Assembly: GCA_031378595.1 (NCBI GenBank)
Contig: JANNEL010000037.1
Coordinates: 1 to 30,945, forward strand
Length of the DNA: 30,945 bases
Direction of reading: 5' to 3'
From: Alphaproteobacteria bacterium
Lineage (GTDB): Bacteria > Pseudomonadota > Alphaproteobacteria > Micropepsales > Micropepsaceae
The position numbers were made by a program, and so were the translations under genes. Numbering within the stretch: the stretch's first letter is position 1; every line of letters begins with the position of its first letter. Of this stretch, positions 8,793 to 15,412 are shown in pieces. The notes beneath the pieces are model-generated. The model was not told the DNA's origin. It did not search any database and worked only from the letters and a program-made list of their open reading frames with translations.

Positions 8793-8936
8793 GGGAGGCT
8801 CCTGGGCTGTGGATGCCTGTTACGATAGCCAAGGCTGGTGATTGGCGCCACAACAGACGAAGTGCTCCCCCCGCGGTTGGTGGCAGCGGCGCCGGGTTTC
8901 TCCTAACGTTCAGCCAACAGCTAGGGATTCTGTCTC

Positions 8937-10223
8937 GTGTTCTTTGTGCTGAAGAATGTCGTCCGCCTTGTCGTTTCGCTGATCTTCCTGAGTCCGATCA
9001 TCGTGCCGCTGCTGGCGATCGAGCGAAAGCCTCTGGTGAGCGAGGCGGACCAGCAGAACTTCGACGGGATTGGGGATGCGACGAGCATTCTGAAGCGGTT
9101 CGACCCACGTGGTTTGAACCCAGATGTAGCGACGAAGATCAGTGTCAGCGACACGGAGATCAGCCGCGCGATCGGCGCGGTGTTGTCGCGTGTCGGGGCG
9201 GCGCACGGTCGTGTCGAAGCCGCGCCAGACGGTGTCGTGTTTCAGGGCACTGCGACGTTGCCGATCCCGGAGAGTTTGCTTGGCAAGTATCTGAACGTCG
9301 AAGCGAAGGTTGTGCCGTCGGATACCGAGCTCTCGGTGTCGAGCCTCTCGGTCGGTTCGATCAGCGTGCCGGGTTGGATCATCAAGCCTGTGACGATCTA
9401 TTTGCTCGATTGGTTCGTGGGGCAGGGTAAGGGCGATCCGATTTATTCGAGCATCCGCTCCGTTGAGGTGGCGGGAGATGTGATCACGGTCGGCGTGCAG
9501 CCGCCGGCGGACCTCGTTTCCGATGTGAAAGCGGCGGCGGGAAAGGCCTTGAACCTCGACAATGCGGAGGCGATCCGGTCGTACTATTTGACGCTTGTGG
9601 GCACGAGCGCATCGCAGGCGACGACGCCGGTGTCGCTTGCCGCGTATCTCGGGCCGTTGTTCGCGGTTGCGCAAGAACGTTCGCAAGGCAACGACCCAGT
9701 GGAGGAGAATCGCGCATTGATACTGGCGCTTGCGATGTATCTCGGTGACGACCGCTTTCAGGCGTTGCTTGCCGACGTGAACACGAAGGATGCGGACGCG
9801 GGGCCGTTCGATATCGCTTCGGTGAAGGTGCAGCGGCGGCACGATTGGGTGCGCCATTTCGCGACGACAGCTGGTCTCCAGGTGGCGACCGGCAGCGGTG
9901 TCTCGAACCTGATCGGCGAAGCGAAGGAAGTGGCCGACAGTGACGGGCCTTCCGGGTTCAGTTTCACTGACGTTGCGGCCGACCGAACCGGCGTCCGGTT
10001 TGCGGAGGTGGCGACCGCCAACGAAGCTTCGGCGCGGGCGTTGCAAAGCGCGTTCGCGGGCGGCATCAGCGAAGGCGACTTCTTCCCAATGGTAAGCGAC
10101 TTGCCGGAAGGATTGAGCGCGGCGCTGTTCAAGAAGCGCTACGGCGATGTCGGGTCGCCCGCCTACACGGCGGTTTTGCAGAAGATCGACACGCGCATCG
10201 GAAGTATCGCGCTTTATCAATAA
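8937..10223 (+). CDS. Hypothetical membrane-anchored/exported protein with C-terminal YfiM/DUF2279-like motif
   Basis: 428-aa ORF with hydrophobic N-terminus and C-terminal RHFATTAG...GEAKEVADS...SGFSFTDVAADRTG. Exact start uncertain. Confidence 0.7.
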   Translation: MFFVLKNVVRLVVSLIFLSPIIVPLLAIERKPLVSEADQQNFDGIGDATSILKRFDPRGLNPDVATKISVSDTEISRAIGAVLSRVGAAHGRVEAAPDGVVFQGTATLPIPESLLGKYLNVEAKVVPSDTELSVSSLSVGSISVPGWIIKPVTIYLLDWFVGQGKGDPIYSSIRSVEVAGDVITVGVQPPADLVSDVKAAAGKALNLDNAEAIRSYYLTLVGTSASQATTPVSLAAYLGPLFAVAQERSQGNDPVEENRALILALAMYLGDDRFQALLADVNTKDADAGPFDIASVKVQRRHDWVRHFATTAGLQVATGSGVSNLIGEAKEVADSDGPSGFSFTDVAADRTGVRFAEVATANEASARALQSAFAGGISEGDFFPMVSDLPEGLSAALFKKRYGDVGSPAYTAVLQKIDTRIGSIALYQ

Positions 10224-10906
10224 CCGGCGAGCGGGCCTGCAAACGAGCCGATGACGCGCGTGCCGCGGTCGTCAATTTCGAAGGAAAGCGGCTGCTTGCG
10301 GTCGATGCGGTAAACGACGACGCCAGCCGTGTGGGCCGCGTCGGTTTCTGCGGGCGCATCCGAGAAGAACGTGAGCTCATAAGGTTCGACGCCGACCGCT
10401 GTTGCGATCTTCGTGTAGGACGCTGGGTCGCCCTTGGGGCCGGTCGTCGTGTCGAAGTAGCCGCCCACCAACGGGGACAGATCACCCGCAACGCTGTGTG
10501 CGACATAGAGCTTTTGCGCTTCGATCGAGCCCGACGAATAGATGAATATTTGCACGCCATGGCGGGACCATGTGCGCATCGCTTCGATGGCGTCGGGATA
10601 GAGGTGCGCCTTCAGTTCTCCGGATGCGTAGCCTTCGCGCCAAGTGATACCCTGAAGCGCTTTTAGCGGGGTGATCTTTTTGTCCTCGTCCATCCAAGCG
10701 AGGAACTGGGCGGCCGCTTCTTGTGGCGTTGCCAGAGCCTTGGCGCTCGCCTCGCGCGCACCAGCGACCGTCACCTCGACTTCTGGATCGGTCCAGCGAG
10801 CCTTGAGCGTGTCGGCGATCCGTGCGCGCGCGAAAGGGAACAGGACGTCGCGTACGAACGCGATGTCCCCGATCGTACCTTCGATATCGAGTAGGGCTGC
10901 TTTCAC
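10217..10906 (-). CDS. mtnC: Enolase-phosphatase E1 (acireductone synthase, HAD family)
   Basis: GTG 10906 overlaps the mtnD stop (GTGA). LLDIEGT, FVRDVLFPFAR, DKKITPLKALQGITWREGY, YSSGSIEAQKL, FFSD. Confidence 0.92.
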   Translation of the reverse strand: MKAALLDIEGTIGDIAFVRDVLFPFARARIADTLKARWTDPEVEVTVAGAREASAKALATPQEAAAQFLAWMDEDKKITPLKALQGITWREGYASGELKAHLYPDAIEAMRTWSRHGVQIFIYSSGSIEAQKLYVAHSVAGDLSPLVGGYFDTTTGPKGDPASYTKIATAVGVEPYELTFFSDAPAETDAAHTAGVVVYRIDRKQPLSFEIDDRGTRVIGSFAGPLAGY

Positions 10907-11448
10907 GCGTCGTATTTCGGGATCGTGTCGGCGATCTTGTCGCCGGTGAACGAGGCGACCCAACCCTCCGGCGTCGTGAACAACCGGATGGCTGCAAAGA
11001 GCGGGCGGGGACCCATGTCGAACCAATGGCGCGTGTGGGCCGGAACCGACAGCAAATCGCCGGCTTCGCAAACGACCTTCAACACGTGCTCGTTGTTGCG
11101 CAGATAGAACGCGCCGGCGCCTTCCACAAAGAAGCGGACCTCATCGTCGCCGTGCGTATGTTCCGACAGGAACTTGCCGCGCATCGCGTCGCGATCGGGG
11201 TGTTCCGGGTGCATGCGGACAACATCGACGGATTGATAGCCACCGATCTTCTTCAGGCGATCGACGTCTTTCGCGTAGGCCTCCAGCACGGCGTCTTGGC
11301 CTGCGCCGGGGGCGAGCGGCTTCGTCGCCTCCCAGCGCTCGAAACGCACATCGAACGGGATCAGCGCCTTGCGGATGTCGCGCTCGTCGCGGGTGGCGTC
11401 GCGGGGCGACGTGCCTTTGGTCAGGTCGTAGACCGTTAGGATCGTCAT
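10903..11448 (-). CDS. mtnD: Acireductone dioxygenase (cupin)
   Basis: KFLSEHTHGDDEVRFFVEGAG, GDLLSVPAHTRHWFDMG, IRLFTTPEGWVA. Confidence 0.95.
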   Translation of the reverse strand: MTILTVYDLTKGTSPRDATRDERDIRKALIPFDVRFERWEATKPLAPGAGQDAVLEAYAKDVDRLKKIGGYQSVDVVRMHPEHPDRDAMRGKFLSEHTHGDDEVRFFVEGAGAFYLRNNEHVLKVVCEAGDLLSVPAHTRHWFDMGPRPLFAAIRLFTTPEGWVASFTGDKIADTIPKYDA

Positions 11449-12077
11449 ACCGGAACTCCTTTCAACTTCAGCATCAGGGTAAAAAGATAGTCGAATGCGT
11501 CGAGATGGCGAAGGGCCTCTCCCACATCTTTCCCCCAGACGTAGATGCCGTGCCCGGCAAGCAGGAAACCCCAGCCGAGGCCATCGGCCTTCAGGCGGGT
11601 TTCCACGCGGGCGGCTAGTGCGCCCATGTCTTGCTCGTTCTCGAAGACGGGAATGTCGAGGTGGGTCTCGTGCGTCTTGACGCCTGAGAACGCTTTCAGC
11701 AGTTCCAAGCCTTCGATGCGGACACTGCCGTTTTTCGCCAGAGCCAGCGATGCCAAGACCGCGGGTTGCGCGTGTACGTGTGTCACGGCGCCTATTGCGG
11801 GAGATAGGCGGTACATCAGGTAGTGCAGCGGCGCCTCAGCGGATTGGCGGGAGTGTGCGCCGCCGGTGAATGGGGCGCGGATGACGCCGTTCGGCGTGAG
11901 CTTCGTCTTGTCGCTGCCCGAGGCCGTGATCGCGCAGTCCGTGGCGTCTATTCGGACGGAGAAGTTTCCGCTGGTCGCGGGGATCCAGTCTTTGGCACCG
12001 GCGTGATGGGCGAGCGCGATGACACCCGCGACCGCCTGTGCGGGTGGTTCCAAATCACGGGGATCGGTGGTCTTCAT
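11445..12077 (-). CDS. mtnB: Methylthioribulose-1-phosphate dehydratase
   Basis: WIPATSGNFS, ITASGSDK, SAEAPLH, VTHVH, EGLELLKAFSGVKTH, LLAGHGIYVWG; ATGA overlap with mtnD. Confidence 0.93.
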   Translation of the reverse strand: MKTTDPRDLEPPAQAVAGVIALAHHAGAKDWIPATSGNFSVRIDATDCAITASGSDKTKLTPNGVIRAPFTGGAHSRQSAEAPLHYLMYRLSPAIGAVTHVHAQPAVLASLALAKNGSVRIEGLELLKAFSGVKTHETHLDIPVFENEQDMGALAARVETRLKADGLGWGFLLAGHGIYVWGKDVGEALRHLDAFDYLFTLMLKLKGVPV

Positions 12078-12139
12078 TCGTACTACCTCAAGGGGCGTAG
12101 ATATGGGATTTGGCCCGCGGATGTCATCCCCTTTCGCCC

Positions 12140-12174
12140 AAAAAGAACGGGCGCCGCGATGATGGCGGCGCCCG
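12140..12174 (-). terminator. Intrinsic terminator downstream of the binding-protein gene
   Basis: Stem CGGGCGCCGC (12148-12157)/GCGGCGCCCG (12165-12174); A-run at 12140-12147 gives a U-tract on the minus strand. Confidence 0.8.
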
Positions 12175-12196
12175 CTAACGACGTCAGATCGGGCGC

Positions 12197-13309
12197 TTAA
12201 CCGCCGCCGCGAATCTCGGTCCAGAACTTGATGATCTCATCCTTGTTTTTGAGGCGCACTTGGAACGTGCCGGATTCGATGAACGACTTCACGTCGCGCA
12301 CGAAACCCATCTCTTTCAACTGATCGTCGGTGTAGTCGGCGAAGATGCTCATATTCGCGGGGCCGTTGTGCAGTTCTTCGAACTGGTACTTCATCGCTGC
12401 GGCCGAGATGCCACTGTCGATGAGGTCGTAGGCTTTATCCAGCTTCTTCGTTTTTGCGTGCAGAACCATGCCGCACAGGTAGGTGAACATGCCGCCGGGT
12501 GGGTTCATGTATGCAACGGGCTTGCCCTCACGCTTCAACGCCGCGTGCGTTTGGTTCCAGGTGATGGCCGCGACCACTTCGCCCGCTGCAAGTGCTTGGC
12601 TCAACGACGTTTCGTCGCTGGAGATGAAGCGCGCGTTCGCAACGAACTCGCGCAGTTTCCCTTGCACCATTTTCCATTGTTCGTCGGTCATGTTGTACGG
12701 ATCGACGCCGAACGTCTTGGCGATCAAAGTAACCGTGTCGTCCACGCCCTCGAGGCCGGCGACCTTGCCTTTGTATTTCGGGTCGAAGAGAATTTTCCAG
12801 CTCTCCTTACCCACGTATTCGGGCGCCAAATCCGTGCGGTAGGTGACCGACGTGTTCGCCCAGTATTGCGGGATGAACCACGCCTCCGTCTCGGACTTCA
12901 TCATGCCCGGAACCTTCTTGAGGTAGTCCGGGATGTCCTTCCAGTGCTTCAGCTTGGTCACGTCGATAGGCTGCAAGAGGCCGGCTTCCTGCCAGCGGCC
13001 GAATTCGTACGAGCAGGGCCCCATGACGTCGGGCGTATAGCCCGTGCGCATCTTCGCGAAGGCTTCGTCTTCGTCGGCCCAGATTTGCGATTGAGGTACC
13101 GTGCCGTGCTTTTCCTTGTACTCGGCGAAGAAGGGCGGATCAGCCCAGTTCTCCCACGTGAAGAGCAGCGGTTCATCGCTGTCGCCGGCATCGGTCGTGG
13201 GTGTTGTCGTTGCCGTTTGATCGGCAGGTTTGTTCGATTGACCGAAGACGAAATAGGCGACAACTCCGAGCAGGACGATCGCAAGGATCGCAATCAAGGA
13301 TCTGTTCAT
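12197..13309 (-). CDS. PotD/PotF-family (polyamine-type) extracellular solute-binding protein
   Basis: TWENW, GLLQPIDVTKL, WANTSVTYRTD, SWKILFDPKYKGKV, GEVVAAITWN; N-terminal hydrophobic helix. Confidence 0.85.
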   Translation of the reverse strand: MNRSLIAILAIVLLGVVAYFVFGQSNKPADQTATTTPTTDAGDSDEPLLFTWENWADPPFFAEYKEKHGTVPQSQIWADEDEAFAKMRTGYTPDVMGPCSYEFGRWQEAGLLQPIDVTKLKHWKDIPDYLKKVPGMMKSETEAWFIPQYWANTSVTYRTDLAPEYVGKESWKILFDPKYKGKVAGLEGVDDTVTLIAKTFGVDPYNMTDEQWKMVQGKLREFVANARFISSDETSLSQALAAGEVVAAITWNQTHAALKREGKPVAYMNPPGGMFTYLCGMVLHAKTKKLDKAYDLIDSGISAAAMKYQFEELHNGPANMSIFADYTDDQLKEMGFVRDVKSFIESGTFQVRLKNKDEIIKFWTEIRGGG

Positions 13310-13349
13310 CCGGGGTTTCCCTAGAGGTTACGTCGCGACTCTCAGGCAC

Positions 13350-13385
13350 AAAAAAACATGCGGTCCGCAATTAGCGAACCGCATG
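13350..13385 (-). terminator. Intrinsic terminator downstream of the DPAA-repeat gene
   Basis: CATGCGGT (13357-13364)/ACCGCATG (13378-13385) stem; 7 A at 13350-13356 give a U-tract on the minus strand. Confidence 0.8.
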
Positions 13386-13421
13386 CCCAATTCCGTCAAG
13401 CGGATTGTTGTCGCTGCCAGC

Positions 13422-13721
13422 TTATTGCGGTGGCGGCGTTGCCGGGTCGGCCGGCGGTGCTGCCGGGTCGGCCGGCGGCGCTGCCGGATCAGCCGGAGCT
13501 GCTGCCGGGTCAGCCGGAGCTGCTGCCGGATCGGTCGCCGTCGCCGGGTCGGTCGCGGCCGGATCGGTCGCCGTCGCTGCTGCCGGGTCCGTGGCAGCCG
13601 GATCGGTCATTGCCGCCGGATCAGCCTCAGGAGGCTTCGCCATTTTGTTCGTGTAGTACCAGTAGGCTGCGACCGCCAGGATGACGACCGCGATAAAGAG
13701 AAACAGACCAGTCCTATTCAT
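13422..13721 (-). CDS. Small membrane-anchored low-complexity protein with about 11 DPA(A) repeats
   Basis: GGAGAG RBS upstream, one N-terminal TM helix, (T/A)DPAA repeats, own terminator. Confidence 0.8.
   Translation of the reverse strand: MNRTGLFLFIAVVILAVAAYWYYTNKMAKPPEADPAAMTDPAATDPAAATATDPAATDPATATDPAAAPADPAAAPADPAAPPADPAAPPADPATPPPQ
13432..13625. repeat. Intragenic imperfect tandem repeats (GCCGGRTC core, about 15-21-bp period)
   Basis: Recurrent GCCGGGTC/GCCGGATC cores, e.g. near-identical 21-mers GCCGGGTCGGCCGGCGG(T/C)GCT; in frame with the DPAA repeats. Confidence 0.8.
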
Positions 13722-14083
13722 TCTTTCTCTCCGTTTATGGCCGTCATGGTGGCCATGAATCCCCGTTTCGTCGTACGATCTTCGAACTCAAACGCTTGGT
13801 GCCCGATGCAAGAAAAAAGGCAGCCGAGGCCGCCGTCTTGCAAAGTCCCGCACCGCACGCTTTCGCACGACTTGAAGGTAAGCCTAGCACCTCCGTAACA
13901 GGCAACAATTGCGGCACGGCACCACACCCGATGGCGTTCTGCCGCAGAAGGGCCGCTTGAACCTACCGGAATCGTTAGCCTTTCAAACAATCGCCGGTTG
14001 CTGAGCCCATTCGCCGCGCCCTATGCTGCGGTGCATGATCCGAGGCGGGGTGACCATCGGATTTGGGGCGTCGCGGAACCTTC

Positions 14084-15412
14084 ATGAACGTTCATCGAAA
14101 CGCACTCTCGGACGAGGCTGGAGCGTCGCGTCTCGGCGCCACCGAGGTCGCTGCTTTCTTAAGCGAGAACCCAAACGTTCACTACGTCGATTGTGTATTC
14201 GTCGATTTGTGCGGGAACGTGCGCGGTAAGCGAATCGCGTGCGCCGAACTTGACGACCTGTTTCGCAACGGCTTGTCCATTCCGTCTTCGATTTACTTTC
14301 TAGACGCACGCGGCGATGTCGTCGAGGGGCAGATGGCGAGCGGCGGCGCGCCGGGGACAGCTTGGCCGGTGGCAGGGACACTCACGCGCGTGAGTTGGGC
14401 GCAACGGCCGCATGGGCAGGTCTTGATGGCGCTCAGCGACGGCAAGGGCGAACCCTTCTTCGGCGAACCGCGCAATGTGCTGAAGCGGGTTGTTAGGCGG
14501 TTCGACGAGTTCGATGTGGCGCCTGCCGTCGGGGTCGAGATTGATGCCTTCATCGTCGACCGGGAGCGTGGGAAAAACGGTCTACCCCAGGAAACAACGG
14601 CCGCCGACAGCGCGGTGCTTGAGGTTATTCGCAAAGACATCGCAAGCGCGGCCCAGGCGCAAGCATTGCCGCAGCTCATGATAGACGGCGACTTGCCGCG
14701 CATCAGTTTCGGTTTTGCGGCGCAGAGCGATGCGGTTGCTGCGGCTGACCATGCGGTTTTCCTGCGGCAAGTCGTGCGCGCCGTGGCACGCAATCACAAG
14801 CGCGACGCCCTCTTCATGGCGCGGCCGTTCCTCAAGCGCGCAGGCTCCAGCATGCGCGTGGTGGTCGACGTCAAACGCTCCGGCGAGAGTGTGTTTTCCT
14901 CTGACTCCGGGCGCGGTTTGGCGCGGTTTGCGGCTGGCGGTCTGCAGGCGTTGATGGCGGAATCGATAGCTCTCTTTGCACCCAGCGTGAATGCGTTCCG
15001 GCGCTTTTCGGGCGCGACGGCTATCCCGCGCAATAGGCGTTGGGGTTATTCCAATGCTTCGGCGAACATCTCGATCGTGGTGGGCGGCGATGTGCAGCCA
15101 CGGCTTGAGCACCGCGTTGCCGGCTCCGATGCTAATCCTTACTTGGCGATCGCGGCGGTCCTGGCTGGCATTCACCATGGGATCGGGCAGAACATCGATC
15201 CTGGGCAACCGAGCGACGGCGACGTTTCAGCGCTTGTCGATCCGACAGTTCCGCTCAACGTCGACGGCGCGCTGCTTGCGCTCGAAAACGGCAGTGTGAT
15301 GCGCGAATATTTGGGCCCAACCTATGTCGACCTTTATTGCGCGACGAAGCGGGCGGAGTTTGAGCGCTTCCGCGACTTCATTCCGGCGCATGAGTACGAC
15401 TGGTACGCCTAG
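14084..15412 (+). CDS. Glutamine-synthetase-family protein, PuuA (gamma-glutamylputrescine synthetase)-like, apparently catalytically degenerate
   Basis: DLCGNVRGKRI, EPRNVL, FMARP, APSVNAFRRF, LEHRVAGSDANPYL follow PuuA architecture, but several metal/substrate ligands are substituted (see findings). Confidence 0.85.
   Translation: MNVHRNALSDEAGASRLGATEVAAFLSENPNVHYVDCVFVDLCGNVRGKRIACAELDDLFRNGLSIPSSIYFLDARGDVVEGQMASGGAPGTAWPVAGTLTRVSWAQRPHGQVLMALSDGKGEPFFGEPRNVLKRVVRRFDEFDVAPAVGVEIDAFIVDRERGKNGLPQETTAADSAVLEVIRKDIASAAQAQALPQLMIDGDLPRISFGFAAQSDAVAAADHAVFLRQVVRAVARNHKRDALFMARPFLKRAGSSMRVVVDVKRSGESVFSSDSGRGLARFAAGGLQALMAESIALFAPSVNAFRRFSGATAIPRNRRWGYSNASANISIVVGGDVQPRLEHRVAGSDANPYLAIAAVLAGIHHGIGQNIDPGQPSDGDVSALVDPTVPLNVDGALLALENGSVMREYLGPTYVDLYCATKRAEFERFRDFIPAHEYDWYA

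Noticed and set aside
8910-10220. 436-aa minus-strand ORF
   Set aside because: Codon-aligned antisense of 8937-10223; Arg/His-rich, with no signal or motif.
10907-11071. N-terminal extension of mtnC in the ORF track
   Set aside because: Overlaps mtnD; the HAD motif begins right after GTG 10906, which is coupled to the mtnD stop.
12078-12139. Possible SAM-type riboswitch before mtnB; GGATG-T-CATCC dyad at 12119-12129
   Set aside because: Only about 60 nt are available and I see no SAM-II or SAM-SAH consensus; the dyad alone is too weak in GC-rich DNA.
12260-13324. 354-aa + strand ORF
   Set aside because: Antisense shadow of the binding-protein gene.
13338-13350. CTCTCAGG resembling a glycine-riboswitch 3' motif
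   Set aside because: The other aptamer elements are missing, and it is on the strand opposite the adjacent genes.
13405-13656. Gly/Ser/Ala-rich + strand ORF and possible CRISPR-like repeats
   Set aside because: Antisense of the DPAA gene, which has the RBS and terminator. The repeats are contiguous, codon-phased and spacer-less, and there are no cas genes.
13718-13990. 90-aa minus-strand ORF upstream of the repeat gene
   Set aside because: Cys/Gly-rich atypical composition, no RBS, and it is interrupted by a terminator-like hairpin.
14084-15412. Calling the GS-like gene a pseudogene or glnA/puuA
   Set aside because: The frame is intact and full length, so it is not a pseudogene; the missing ligands argue against an enzyme symbol.
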